From Myxococcota bacterium (GTDB lineage Bacteria; Myxococcota_A; UBA796; GCA-2862545), in contig JBCCQY010000012.1 in assembly GCA_039208735.1 (NCBI GenBank), positions 30,336 through 94,335 on the forward strand: a stretch of DNA of 64,000 bases, in the 5' to 3' direction. Within the stretch, counting starts at the first letter, position 1, and every line of letters starts with the position of its first letter. The notes beneath the pieces are model-generated. The model did not search any database. It saw only the letters and a program-made list of their open reading frames with translations, and had not been told where the DNA came from. This document shows positions 1-9,780 of this stretch, piece after piece. A program made the position numbers and the translations under genes.

Positions 1-469
1 GTGCGCCAAGGTAGTCGACCGCAAGCACCTGACTGATGGCCAGCCGAATGGTCAAGGTCTGCTTGAAGATCCGCAGCAGTAGCGGAATCTCAGCCCCTGA
101 CGCGATGCCCACGAGCCCGCAAATGACGGCAACGACCAGTGGATAGCCTTCGTCGAGGGTGGCATAGGCGGCAAACATGAGGAGTCCCGAGGTTCCTCCC
201 ACCACCGCTGCGAGGAGTTCCGCCCATACGAAGGCGCGCCCCAACTGGGGGTCATCGACGTATTGGGCGAGCCACGCGCCCACGCCCATCGCGAACAGGG
301 TCCAGCCGATGACCAGGGAGAACACCAGCACCGACCCGCCCAGGAGGTAGGTCGACAGTGTTCCTGCCACCAGTTCGTAGACGAGGCCGGCAATGGCGAC
401 CCCGAAAACGGAGGCGAGGAGGACCAGTTCGCGTGCAGAAGCGCCCCGGGAACCCGGGCTACTTTCCAC
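1..469 (-). CDS. speE: Membrane-bound polyamine aminopropyltransferase (spermidine synthase-like), 5' part; runs off the window
   Basis: Not in the ORF track; translated by hand from GTG at 469: ...LLASVFGVAIAGLVYELVAGTLSTYLLGGSVLVFSLVIG...GAEIPLLLRI...VLAVDYLGA. This is the typical N-terminal TM region of the family, and the gene follows DUF350/DUF4178. Confidence 0.8.
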   Translation of the reverse strand, partial: MESSPGSRGASARELVLLASVFGVAIAGLVYELVAGTLSTYLLGGSVLVFSLVIGWTLFAMGVGAWLAQYVDDPQLGRAFVWAELLAAVVGGTSGLLMFAAYATLDEGYPLVVAVICGLVGIASGAEIPLLLRIFKQTLTIRLAISQVLAVDYLGA

Positions 470-647
470 CGCGGAGGCCCCCTCCGAGGATGAGGCGGCC
501 CGCCATGGGGTTCGCCTGTCGGACGCTCACTTGTTCGTGCAGTTCGCGGTCCATCATGAAGGAGGACCGCGCCAACGCAGCCGCTCCAAACGTGGCTCCG
601 CCGCCCAACACCGACACGATGAGCAGCTGTCTGATGAGGCGGCTCAT
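459..647 (-). CDS. Small membrane/secreted protein with Gly-rich GGK C-terminus
   Basis: ATG at 647 overlaps the upstream stop (ATGA) and follows a GGAGG RBS; hydrophobic N-terminus; ends GGGLRGGK. Confidence 0.7.
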   Translation of the reverse strand: MSRLIRQLLIVSVLGGGATFGAAALARSSFMMDRELHEQVSVRQANPMAGRLILGGGLRGGK

Positions 648-2518
648 GCTTCCTCCTTCCGCTTGGCTTCGAAGCCCATCCACGCGAACGCCATGCCAGC
701 GGCGAGGATGCCGAACGCCAACATCACCAGCAAGTGGTAACGCGACATGTAGGCCCCCTGTGTGACCACGACGTCGACACTCACCGGGCGGTCGTACTCG
801 AGGCTGGCTTCAAGGGCGTAGGTTCCTGGCGGAGGAGCAGCCAAATACTTGGTGGAACGCCGGTTCCCTTCCGACCAGGATTCTCCGCCTTCCACGCCCG
901 AGTAGTACCCAACCTCGCGACCGAGGTAGCCGACCGGCACTTCGCCGTTTGCGTCCACCCAATCAAGGTCGATCCACACCCAGCTGTTGCTTACCTGGGG
1001 CGCGGCATACTTGACCACCAGCACATCACCACCGGATTCCGTAATTTCGAACGGCGGAGAAACGACGGACCGCTCACCGGTTGCACTTGCAGGAATGGTG
1101 AATGTCGTGAGTTCCTGACCCGTTGACCCAAAGGTTGCGACCACGACGAGCAGGTTGAAGAACGCGATGAGTGCAGCGCCTACGACGTAGCCGGCTCGGC
1201 CAACCCAAGGATTGGGCTGGGCGGCGTGGACGGTGTGTTGGTCCCATTCGGTGAGCGGCTTGTCACCGAAATCGACGACATCCTTGTCACGCGGGAGCCA
1301 TTGTCCCTGGAAGATCTCGACTTCCGCGCCGTCTTCGCGCCGATCGATTTCGACGGAAAGGTAGTGGGGCGGCTCGGACAGGTCGTAGCTTGCAACGACC
1401 TCACCCACTTCGCAGGCGTAGGGCAACGCGCCATCGACGTAGGTGAGCATCTGTCGGCCTTTGGCGCGCAGCTTGAACTCCCGGCCGTCGTGCTTGATGA
1501 CGTCGCCGTAGTGCGCCCGCTGGAGGTCGCGCAGCGGAGGCCCCCGGTCGATGGGGCGCGAGTAGCACAGGTGGCCATTGTCGAGTTCCAGGTACACGTA
1601 GCCGTGGTCGGGGCAGTACAGCAGGAACTCTTGGGTGACGTAGCCCTCCGGGTCTCGCCACTTCAGGCGAGCGATGACCTCGCCCTTCATGCCCTCGATG
1701 GTGCCTTCATCGCCAAGCTCGAGCATGAACCGGGTCTTGGCGACTTTGCCACGGACGACAGAACGTCCGGCCTCGTCGAGTTCGAGCACGCTGTCGCAGT
1801 TGCGACAGGTGATTTGAACCGCCCGCTCGCCCTGGTGGGGCAACACCAGGTTGGAGCCACAGTTGGCGCACTCCAACGCGGCGGCGGTCGGCGCAGCATC
1901 GACCGGGCGGTCGGGCCGAGGCGGGAACACGATCTGCTCGACGTCGATCGCACGCCCAGCAAACGCCTCGGCGCCGTCGTCGCCAAACTCCACCAGGAGC
2001 ATCCGGGGACCATCCACCTCGGCGAGATCGACGTAGCGGATGTCTTCACCGGGCCTAAAGTTTCGGGGAAGCTGCCCTTCGCCACCGGTAACCCGTCCGG
2101 GGCCCGTCTCGCGGACCTCGTACAGGGCGTCGCCAAGCGGCAGCTGGTCGCCGATCATCAGGTCGGGGGTGATGGCGGGCGGCGGTTCGATCGGCCACTC
2201 AAGGGCGTAGCGCCGCTCGTCCTCGACAAGCCAGAGGTCTCGGCCTTCGGCGTCGCGTACGTACCACTCGTCCCAGGCTCCACCTGGGTATTCGAGCTGG
2301 ATGCGGCCGATGACCTCGACGGACAGGTTGGCGATGCGGCCGTTGGCGCCAACCACGATGTCGCTTTGGGGCTCGGCGACGACCGACCGTTCCCCCAGGG
2401 CCAGCACACCATCCCGATCGTAGATCGTCGAGTCGCAACGATCGCAGACGATGACCTGGATACCGGGGTTGCGCCGCTCGTGGACGGCCCCACAGTTCGG
2501 GCAGGAAAGCACGCTCAT
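644..2518 (-). CDS. DUF4178 domain protein (two Zn-ribbon + DUF4178 units, C-terminal TM helices)
   Basis: CPNCG/CDRC and CANCG/CRNC knuckles, WDEWY and GEGQLP motifs, two TM segments. Confidence 0.8.
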   Translation of the reverse strand: MSVLSCPNCGAVHERRNPGIQVIVCDRCDSTIYDRDGVLALGERSVVAEPQSDIVVGANGRIANLSVEVIGRIQLEYPGGAWDEWYVRDAEGRDLWLVEDERRYALEWPIEPPPAITPDLMIGDQLPLGDALYEVRETGPGRVTGGEGQLPRNFRPGEDIRYVDLAEVDGPRMLLVEFGDDGAEAFAGRAIDVEQIVFPPRPDRPVDAAPTAAALECANCGSNLVLPHQGERAVQITCRNCDSVLELDEAGRSVVRGKVAKTRFMLELGDEGTIEGMKGEVIARLKWRDPEGYVTQEFLLYCPDHGYVYLELDNGHLCYSRPIDRGPPLRDLQRAHYGDVIKHDGREFKLRAKGRQMLTYVDGALPYACEVGEVVASYDLSEPPHYLSVEIDRREDGAEVEIFQGQWLPRDKDVVDFGDKPLTEWDQHTVHAAQPNPWVGRAGYVVGAALIAFFNLLVVVATFGSTGQELTTFTIPASATGERSVVSPPFEITESGGDVLVVKYAAPQVSNSWVWIDLDWVDANGEVPVGYLGREVGYYSGVEGGESWSEGNRRSTKYLAAPPPGTYALEASLEYDRPVSVDVVVTQGAYMSRYHLLVMLAFGILAAGMAFAWMGFEAKRKEEA

Positions 2519-2731
2519 TTAGGTGATGCTAGCCGCTACGATGATGGCAATGCCAATAAACATCGAGCCGATGATGATGCCAACCGCGACGTTCTGGTCC
2601 TCCTCTACCTCCTTCTTGAGGGAGAATGGCGAGAGGTAGGCTGCGGCGACGAGCGACATTCCAAAGAGGAACAATCCGAGGAAAGTGTACGCCAGCGTCA
2701 CGGCGAACACATCGAGGCTCAATTCGTTCAC
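2519..2731 (-). CDS. DUF350 small membrane protein
   Basis: 70 aa, two TMs, PFSLKKEVEEDQNVAVGII motif. Confidence 0.85.
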   Translation of the reverse strand: MNELSLDVFAVTLAYTFLGLFLFGMSLVAAAYLSPFSLKKEVEEDQNVAVGIIIGSMFIGIAIIVAASIT

Positions 2732-2797
2732 GGAAGCTCCTGGGGTCGCATCGGACGTCCGTCCCCGTCTACTTTGAGCTTTCCAATCTGGCCACGT

Positions 2798-3604
2798 TCA
2801 GCCCGCGGTTGCGAAGGCGGCGGCGAAGAAGCTTCCTAGGCGGTCCACCGTAGATTCGGGCAGAGGCATGCGATCGAGCCGCATCAGGAACTTGGCCACG
2901 TCGTAGTGAAGCACCGACAAACTTGCTTCCCCCGACCGTCCGGTGCCGCGAAGGCGTAGAATGGTGGAGGTCCCGGTTCGATTTCGCGGCTGGCCGACGG
3001 AACCCGCGTTCAAAATGCGGACCTCGGTGCCCGTGCCATGCGACCTGGGTCCCCAGACGAGGCGGTCGGGCCCTGGGGATCGGGACCGTGGTGGATCGGT
3101 AAACAGCCGCCCGCGGTGGGTATGGCCGAAGACCCCGACGGAAAACCCCCGGCGAGCCAGGACGCCTGCGGCCTCGCGGTGCTCTTCGTCCCGGTCGACA
3201 TAGCGCCAGTTCCCAAAGGGGTTGGCGTGGGCGAACAGGATCCCGTTGTCGACGTGTTCGCGTACGAACGGCAAGGTCCTTAGCCAAGCGGCAGCTGCGC
3301 CATCGGTCTCGATGCGTTCGCACGTCCAGTCAATGGTCGCGCGCAGCCAGTCGGGAACACGATGGTACGAGGGCGGAGGCGTCCCCGCGAGCAAGCCGAG
3401 GTACAGCTCGTCGTGGTTGCCAAGTACCCAATGCGACACGTCGGAACGTTCCGAGAGCCTGTCGAGGACCGCACAGGGGTCAGGGCCGTAGGTGAGCAGG
3501 TCGCCTAAAATGATGATGGGCGCTGGGTCCGCATCGACTTGGGCGAGCGCCGCGTCGAGGGCCGCGCGATTGGCGTGAATGTCGCTTAGGACCCAGGCGT
3601 TCAC
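2798..3604 (-). CDS. Metallophosphoesterase
   Basis: SDIHAN, LGDLLTYG, GNHD, GHTH and NAGSVGQPR motifs. Confidence 0.9.
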   Translation of the reverse strand: MNAWVLSDIHANRAALDAALAQVDADPAPIIILGDLLTYGPDPCAVLDRLSERSDVSHWVLGNHDELYLGLLAGTPPPSYHRVPDWLRATIDWTCERIETDGAAAAWLRTLPFVREHVDNGILFAHANPFGNWRYVDRDEEHREAAGVLARRGFSVGVFGHTHRGRLFTDPPRSRSPGPDRLVWGPRSHGTGTEVRILNAGSVGQPRNRTGTSTILRLRGTGRSGEASLSVLHYDVAKFLMRLDRMPLPESTVDRLGSFFAAAFATAG

Positions 3605-4476
3605 GAAGCTTCCTCGGCGAGTAGACGCCCCAGGCCCACACTGAGGGGCGTAGGGCTGAGGTCGAGTTCCTTACGAGCCCGCGCAATGTCGAGGGTGGCA
3701 AACCCGGATGACGGCCCATCGTCGGCAGGCAACGTTCGGATCGCTTCGGGGAATACCCCGATCAGGTCCACCAACGTCGCGGCCAGGGTGTGGACGCTTG
3801 TGGATTCGCCTGATCCCACGTTGAAGATCCCTTGGGCACGGAGCTGAAGGATGCGTTGCAGCGCGCGAACGACGTCGTCCACGAACACCAGATCGCTACG
3901 AAAGCGCCCGCCATCCTCGAGAACGATGGGTTCGCCATGTCGCAGCCGGTCCACGAAGACCCGCACGACACCGCCTTTCATGTGGGGGCCGTAGATAGCG
4001 GAGGGCCGGACGATGGTCAGGGTCATGCCGGTCGCCCGGCTCGCGTGAGACGCCCACACTTCGCCGAGGAACTTGCTCGCGAGGTAGGTCGAGCCGCGGT
4101 GATCGGGAAAGACCGCGGCGTCCTCGGGGGTGGGTTGACCGGGTTGGTACACGTTCCCGGACGAGACGTAGACCCCGTGGGGAACTCCGGCCGCGGCGGC
4201 GGCTTGGAAGAGGGCGAGGGTCCCGATCGCGTTGACCTTCAGACATTCGGCCGCTTCATCCGGATCGTCGAAGCAGGGGGGGAGGTAGGCCGCGAGATGG
4301 ACCATCGCGGAGGCGCCCTCAAGCCAGGCGGGGTCAGGCGGTGCGGGGGCGGTCCAGACGTGGTCGTTGTTCGCATGGCGACCGAGGGTCTGCACCCGAA
4401 GGCCCGAGTCGCGAAGGGCGCGCTGGAGCCGTCGTCCGAGAAACCCCGATGCGCCCGTGAGGAGCACGGGATTCAT
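3601..4476 (-). CDS. NAD-dependent epimerase/dehydratase
   Basis: TGASGFLG, HLAA, YLASK (YxxxK), IYGP; start placed at the ATGA overlap at 4476. Confidence 0.9.
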   Translation of the reverse strand: MNPVLLTGASGFLGRRLQRALRDSGLRVQTLGRHANNDHVWTAPAPPDPAWLEGASAMVHLAAYLPPCFDDPDEAAECLKVNAIGTLALFQAAAAAGVPHGVYVSSGNVYQPGQPTPEDAAVFPDHRGSTYLASKFLGEVWASHASRATGMTLTIVRPSAIYGPHMKGGVVRVFVDRLRHGEPIVLEDGGRFRSDLVFVDDVVRALQRILQLRAQGIFNVGSGESTSVHTLAATLVDLIGVFPEAIRTLPADDGPSSGFATLDIARARKELDLSPTPLSVGLGRLLAEEAS

Positions 4477-5450
4477 CGGGCGTCCCAGGCCAGTCGTTCT
4501 TGCGGTCGCACCACCGTCTCCGACCAATGACGAAGCAAAGTCATCGGTTCGACGGGGGGTCTTGTGATGGGCTCCTTCAACACGACATGGCGAAGCACCA
4601 TCTCGACTTCGGGAAACCCTGCCTTATGGCGCAGAGGGGTGGTGCCCGAAAACCGAGCATTGATTTCGAAGACCTTGACGGTGTCGCCGTCCAGCCTGAA
4701 CTGGAAGTTCGCTGGGCCGTAGGCCCCCAATGCCGTCGCGAGTTCGCTCACCTGGGCGTTGAGTTCGGGCCAGGGTTCGACGAACGCACGGTACGTGTTG
4801 CCGTCACGAAGGTCCCGTCGCATCACGATGGAGGCGTGGCAGACCCCATTGAAGGTCAACGTGCCCGCCGTGTACTCTTCGTCCGCGGTGGCGACGTGCT
4901 CCTGAATCACGGGATCGGCGAGGCTCGAGACCGCCCGGTCGAGTTCGGCCCGGTCATGCACGATCGACAGCCCCACCGATCGAGCCCCGACGCGCGGTTT
5001 GACGACCAAAGGAAAGCCCACCGCATCGAGAATCCGCTCTTCTTCGCCAGGAAGCCCCGAAAGCGGGGCTGCGAAGCCCCGGGACAGCAAGAAGCTGGCC
5101 GTCTGGTACTTGTCGTCGGCGATGGCTACGACTTCGGGTGATGCAACGATGATGTGAGTGCGAAAGCGTTCTTCGAGGGCATGGCGATGCGAAGCCAACA
5201 CCTCGAGTTCGACATCGGTGCCAATGAGCACCGCATCCGGTTCCTCCCGACCGAGAATCTCGGAAAGGACGTCAAGGTAGGCAGGGTCGCGAGCCATGGG
5301 AACGCGATGGGCTCGGTCTACCCAGTACAGACCTGCGGCGAGGGGGCTAGGGTCGACCGCGATCAGCTCAACGTTGAGGGAGGACGCCTGCAGCGCCCGG
5401 AGAATCCCCTGACCGAGCAGGGCTCCCGCACCAGTCACGAGCACCTTCAT
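4473..5450 (-). CDS. ATP-grasp domain protein (carbamoyl-phosphate synthase-like)
   Basis: VLVTGAG, DDKY, FPLVVKPR, EINARFSG. Confidence 0.85.
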   Translation of the reverse strand: MKVLVTGAGALLGQGILRALQASSLNVELIAVDPSPLAAGLYWVDRAHRVPMARDPAYLDVLSEILGREEPDAVLIGTDVELEVLASHRHALEERFRTHIIVASPEVVAIADDKYQTASFLLSRGFAAPLSGLPGEEERILDAVGFPLVVKPRVGARSVGLSIVHDRAELDRAVSSLADPVIQEHVATADEEYTAGTLTFNGVCHASIVMRRDLRDGNTYRAFVEPWPELNAQVSELATALGAYGPANFQFRLDGDTVKVFEINARFSGTTPLRHKAGFPEVEMVLRHVVLKEPITRPPVEPMTLLRHWSETVVRPQERLAWDAR

Positions 5451-5513
5451 CGCATCCTCCGAGCCCGACCGAAGCCATCGCTCGACTATCGGTCACGATG
5501 CGACAAAGTTGAG

Positions 5514-6458
5514 TCAGTACGAGTTGACGCGTTGGGCCGCCCAGTCCCGGAACTCGGCTACCGCGCAGTTCAGCGTCCCGTCTTCGCAGGGATCGCACAA
5601 CCCGCTTTCCGTGAATTCGGCGCAGAGTTCCTCGGCGTCCGCGCCCAGCGTGAGCTGTCGGAAATCGAGGGTGCCTCGTAGCACGAGCCCCGCAAGCTGC
5701 TGTCGGTCCGGGGATAAGTCGCCCGACAGGGTGGCATTCCGGATTTCGACCGGCAGGCCGGGTCCCACGTGCAGCGGAAACACCGGTCCCGAAACGTTGA
5801 AGCCTGGGTTCGACCAACGGCCGAACAGAGGCACCGGGGGCTCCGAATCCTTGTAGATGTCGAGCGGCTGCCGGCTGGCGGTCATGCCAAAGGTCTCACT
5901 GACCGGATCGATGTTGTCGATGACGAAGCGGACTGGCCCGGTGGGACCGAAGTAGGGGCCGGCACTGGCCGGCTGCGTGAGGGAGGCGTTGGCCGTGTTG
6001 CCCACGAACACCTGACCGAGTGCCTCTTCAGGGTTCTGCACCCGAGCTCCGATCTCGTTCGTTTGGAACTCGAAGACGACGAGCGGGTCGCAGGCGGGGG
6101 AGCGTGCGACGACCCGATGCCTCGTGAGGGGGGCAAACGGCACGTCTGGACTGAACTGCAGCCGTATGGCGGCGGAGCTATCGGTCACGTACGTCGACCC
6201 CGAGACGGGCAGCCAGCCCGCACGAGACGAGAACATCTCGACCAACAAGTCGATCTCGAGCGCTTCGATCAACCGCTCCGGGGGGAGATCGACCGTGACC
6301 ACACGATGCCGGTTGACGTCTTCTCCAATCGGACTCCAGCTCACCAACGTGGTGGTGCAAACCCACGGAAAGCCGGTGTCCCACGGTGCAGACGGCCAAT
6401 TCTGGTCAACTTCAAAGGTCCCACTGCATCCGAGAAGTGCGGACCACAAACCCAACAT
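5514..6458 (-). CDS. Hypothetical lipoprotein, beta-rich, with C-terminal Cys cluster
   Basis: MLGLWSALLGC lipobox-like start; C-terminal CAEF...CDPCEDGTLNC. Confidence 0.6.
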   Translation of the reverse strand: MLGLWSALLGCSGTFEVDQNWPSAPWDTGFPWVCTTTLVSWSPIGEDVNRHRVVTVDLPPERLIEALEIDLLVEMFSSRAGWLPVSGSTYVTDSSAAIRLQFSPDVPFAPLTRHRVVARSPACDPLVVFEFQTNEIGARVQNPEEALGQVFVGNTANASLTQPASAGPYFGPTGPVRFVIDNIDPVSETFGMTASRQPLDIYKDSEPPVPLFGRWSNPGFNVSGPVFPLHVGPGLPVEIRNATLSGDLSPDRQQLAGLVLRGTLDFRQLTLGADAEELCAEFTESGLCDPCEDGTLNCAVAEFRDWAAQRVNSY

Positions 6459-6526
6459 GGGTTTCCCTCCCGCCCACGAGGATAGCCTCGACCGGGGCCG
6501 ATGGGACAGCAAAATCGAACCCGAAG

Positions 6527-7855
6527 TTAACCGGCCGCGGCCAGGGGACGATCGAGATCGGGCAGCCTCACCCGAACCCCAGTTGTTTCACTGGGAATCG
6601 AGTCCACGTTCAGCGTGCCCTCCAGCGCCTCTGCCATTCGTCGGCACTCCGCAAGTGCTGCCTCCGGAAGCTCCATCCGAATGGGGGTTGGCGAGTCGGG
6701 TACGTTGGAGCTGATTCCTGGCACGTGAGCCACCGCCAGTTCGAGATGATGGTCCTCGATGCGCCAGTGCACGGAAACGACCCCGTTGCTCACGAGGGAG
6801 GCGGCGTTGGCTAACAGGTCTACGACCAGATGGCGGAGGCGGTGCAGGTCCGTACAGAAGCGCTGGCGTTCGGACGGGCCATCAAGCTTCAGACTGTTGC
6901 CGTTTCGTTCGAGGCGTTGGAACACGATGCCGACGGCATCCGTAATCACGCCTGCGACGTCGACCGGAGCCACCTCGAGTTCTCGGGCGTGTGGATCGAT
7001 GGCCGACAACTCGATCATGCCTCCGATTCCTTCAAGCAATTGCGATGCTGCGAGGTGAATGCGCCGCAGATCATGCTGAACGCTCACCAGTTCGGTGTCT
7101 TCCAGCTCCTCAAGCACGATCTCGGCGTAGCCACGAACCGCGTTGAGCGGCGTTCGGAGTTCGTGACTCACGGCCGCGAGCAGTCGATCGGTGGCCTCGT
7201 GGGCGGCAATCGCGCGTGCTTGAGACTCTTCGAGCTGCCGCTCGACGATGGTGAGGGTGCGTCGGAGGCGTGTGGTCCGCTCCTGCTGGGCGATAGCCGA
7301 CCGATAGGCGGCGGCTCCCAGCGCGTGCAGTCCCCCGAGCGTCACGGCGAACGCCACGCTCGCCGCGACGAGTTCTACCCGTACATCGACTTCGGGGATG
7401 GGCGCGAACGAGTGCCGCAACCACAACGTGGTGACGGCCAGGGTGACCAATCCGACGCCGGACAACCGGAATGCGGCCGGATCCACGAGGGCAACCGCCC
7501 CAACCGCGAGCCACGGTGCGCCGAGGAAGAGCACGCTGAGGGCTACCGGGGTCGAAGCCGTGAGCACGGCAAACACGAAGCCTGCGGACGCCGCGGCAAG
7601 CCAGCCCGCCCGCCGAATGCCCCCCCGGTGCGAGCGAGCGGTCACCACCACCACCAGGGCCAACGCGACCCACGCGATGGTATCGATGGGCCGCCCTCCG
7701 AGGCTCGACGCGACGGCGCCAGCGACCAGGCCCACCGTCAGGGTCGGGGTGCCGAGGGCAAGCCACGTGTCAATCAAGCCGCGGGTAGGTCGTCTGTTTG
7801 GAAGGAGGTCGGGAACCGCCGATGACGGGTGTGCCGGACCAGGTTCCTTCGGCAT
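6527..7855 (-). CDS. Membrane sensor histidine kinase with degenerate ATPase domain
   Basis: Several TMs, H-box SHELRTPLNAV, N-box LLANAA; G1, F and G2 boxes eroded. Confidence 0.8.
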   Translation of the reverse strand: MPKEPGPAHPSSAVPDLLPNRRPTRGLIDTWLALGTPTLTVGLVAGAVASSLGGRPIDTIAWVALALVVVVTARSHRGGIRRAGWLAAASAGFVFAVLTASTPVALSVLFLGAPWLAVGAVALVDPAAFRLSGVGLVTLAVTTLWLRHSFAPIPEVDVRVELVAASVAFAVTLGGLHALGAAAYRSAIAQQERTTRLRRTLTIVERQLEESQARAIAAHEATDRLLAAVSHELRTPLNAVRGYAEIVLEELEDTELVSVQHDLRRIHLAASQLLEGIGGMIELSAIDPHARELEVAPVDVAGVITDAVGIVFQRLERNGNSLKLDGPSERQRFCTDLHRLRHLVVDLLANAASLVSNGVVSVHWRIEDHHLELAVAHVPGISSNVPDSPTPIRMELPEAALAECRRMAEALEGTLNVDSIPSETTGVRVRLPDLDRPLAAAG

Positions 7856-7920
7856 GCTTCGTGTCCCGTTGTGTCACCCGCCACTTGGCGGAGCGAGGTT
7901 CGGTGCCCAGATCACGAGAT

Positions 7921-8913
7921 ATGATGTGGATTTTCCGAATCTGGGGGCTGTGGTTCGTCTTCATGGGCATCGCAACGGCCCAGGAGGCTCGTCAGGCGCC
8001 CGTAGAGATTGAGTCTGTCACAGAACGTCCATTGCCTCCAGCAGAATGGACCTCAGTGCCCGGACCCTACGTCACTGTTCACGGACCGCTAGAACGGACA
8101 GATTTGCTGTTGCGGCTTGCACGGCATGGTGCGGAATCGGTCGATCGGCTCTCAGATGCGCTTCGGGTGCCCATCGGAGGTTCCATCGACGTCTACGTGC
8201 CTTCCACGGATGAACAATTTCGATCGGTACAGCCGGGACGGCCTCCGGACTATGCCGATGCGGTGGCCTGGCCTTCAATCGGATTGGTCGTGTTGCGCGA
8301 TCCCAAGATTCGAATCGCGACCGACGAGCCCCTTGAACAGGTGTTCGACCACGAGCTTGTTCACATCCTGCTCGGTCGAGCGTTCGCTCCCCAAGCGCCT
8401 CCGGCCTGGCTGCAGGAGGGTGCGGCGCAGCTGTTGGCCCATCAAGACGGACCTCAAACCGCTCAAACGCTGCGACGTGCCGCGTTGAATGGCCACTTGT
8501 ACTACCTCGAGACCCTCGAACGCCGGTTCCCGAAGGATGCGGCTCGCGCCCAGGTCGCCTACGCGATCTCCCTCGATTTTCTGCAGTACCTCCACGCGGA
8601 GTACGACCAGGAGGCCCTTGCGAAGTTGGTGCAAGGGGCGTTGCGAGGTCATTCGCTTTCGCGAGGCATCGAGGACGTGACCGGCGAACGACTTGAAGTC
8701 GTCGAAGACGCCTGGCGGGCGACCCACCAGCGCGGATCCATGTCGTTTGCTTGGCTCGCCGACCTCGGTACCGGGGTGTTCATGCTTGGAGGCGTGGCCT
8801 TGTTGGTCACGGGAATCCTGCGTCGTCGGCGATTCCGTCGTCGCCTGGCTGAGATGGAGGCCGAAGAGCGTCTCGTCGATGACGTGTTGGAAGCGATGCG
8901 ACGCCGGCGGTAG
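7921..8913 (+). CDS. Exported MA-clan zinc metallopeptidase with C-terminal TM
   Basis: Signal peptide, HELVH...PAWLQEG motif, TM followed by a poly-Arg stop-transfer segment. Confidence 0.8.
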   Translation: MMWIFRIWGLWFVFMGIATAQEARQAPVEIESVTERPLPPAEWTSVPGPYVTVHGPLERTDLLLRLARHGAESVDRLSDALRVPIGGSIDVYVPSTDEQFRSVQPGRPPDYADAVAWPSIGLVVLRDPKIRIATDEPLEQVFDHELVHILLGRAFAPQAPPAWLQEGAAQLLAHQDGPQTAQTLRRAALNGHLYYLETLERRFPKDAARAQVAYAISLDFLQYLHAEYDQEALAKLVQGALRGHSLSRGIEDVTGERLEVVEDAWRATHQRGSMSFAWLADLGTGVFMLGGVALLVTGILRRRRFRRRLAEMEAEERLVDDVLEAMRRRR

Positions 8914-8956
8914 AGGTAGCCAGGGGCGGTCGTTTGCGGGGCGTTCCGGAGGAACA

Positions 8957-9607
8957 ATGCTTGCATTGATTTGGGTGGTCGCGTGTGCACCGGTTCCCGT
9001 GGACCCGACGGGCAAACCCTTCGACGCCGTGGCGACCGAAGCCTCACGTCCGGTGACCCCGACGGCTCTTGGATCGCTGGCTCCCAAGCCCGGTCCCATC
9101 GGGCTGACCCAGTTGCCGCCGATTCCCGAACCGCCGACCGCAGAGGAACTCGCCGAGGCGAACCTGCCTCCGGTCAGCGTTGCGCCGTCCCCCGACCCGC
9201 TTCCGTCGCCCGAGCCGACGCTTGCCGCTCCCGCAGCCATCAGTCCCACCGCGGTGGACCTGAATTGGGATCCGGCGATGCCCACTCGCGGGGAGGCATT
9301 TGGTGTCACGCTGGTAGGCACGATGGTCGATGCGAGTCCCCCAAACGCCGTGCTGCGCTTGCCGAATGGCGACAAAGCGTTGGTCGAGGCAGGGGAAATG
9401 CTCGATGATGCAGGTTTGCTCGTTCTCGCGGTGGGCGACAAGGTCGTGAAGATCGTCAAAGTGACGAAGGAGGGCTGGTACGCAAGCGTCGAAACGGCGA
9501 CGCTGCACAGCAATCCTCGGGGGACCAACCCGGTTCGTCCGGTCGTTCCTGCGAAGCCGAAACCGAGCGCCCCGAAGCCGAGCTTGCCCAAGCCCGCGGG
9601 GCCCTGA
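8957..9607 (+). CDS. Pro-rich hypothetical lipoprotein (PilP/GspC-like beta domain possible)
   Basis: GGAGG RBS, MLALIWVVAC lipobox, Pro-rich linker, TLVGTM...AVLRLPNG...VEAGEML. Confidence 0.6.
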   Translation: MLALIWVVACAPVPVDPTGKPFDAVATEASRPVTPTALGSLAPKPGPIGLTQLPPIPEPPTAEELAEANLPPVSVAPSPDPLPSPEPTLAAPAAISPTAVDLNWDPAMPTRGEAFGVTLVGTMVDASPPNAVLRLPNGDKALVEAGEMLDDAGLLVLAVGDKVVKIVKVTKEGWYASVETATLHSNPRGTNPVRPVVPAKPKPSAPKPSLPKPAGP

Positions 9608-9630
9608 CACCCGTCAACATTTCCGGTAAA

Positions 9631-9749
9631 CCCTACTGCCGCTCGACTCGGCCTCCCTGTCCTCGGCGAAGCTCGGCTTCGCTCGGACTCCGGCCGTTCG
9701 CTGCGCGAACCGTCTCGCAGGCAGGCCCTACTGCGGCTCGACTCGGCCT
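9631..9749. repeat. Intergenic REP-like element with two 24-bp direct repeats
   Basis: ccctactgccgctcgactcggcct (9631-9654) and ccctactgcggctcgactcggcct (9726-9749), one mismatch. Confidence 0.7.
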
Positions 9750-9780
9750 TCTTGGCCCGGAAGTTGCGAGGGGTCGCGGC

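Noticed and set aside
1226..2839. Long antisense ORFs (also 8275-9975, 13715-15559, 41231-43150, 50791-51792 and others)
   Set aside because: Shadow frames of well-supported genes in high-GC DNA; no motifs.
4473..5450. Pyrrolysine biosynthesis (PylC-like ATP-grasp)
   Set aside because: No pylB/D/S/T; the epimerase and phosphoesterase neighbours fit sugar or cell-surface modification.
9631..9749. CRISPR array
   Set aside because: Only two repeat copies, a 71-bp spacer and no cas genes.
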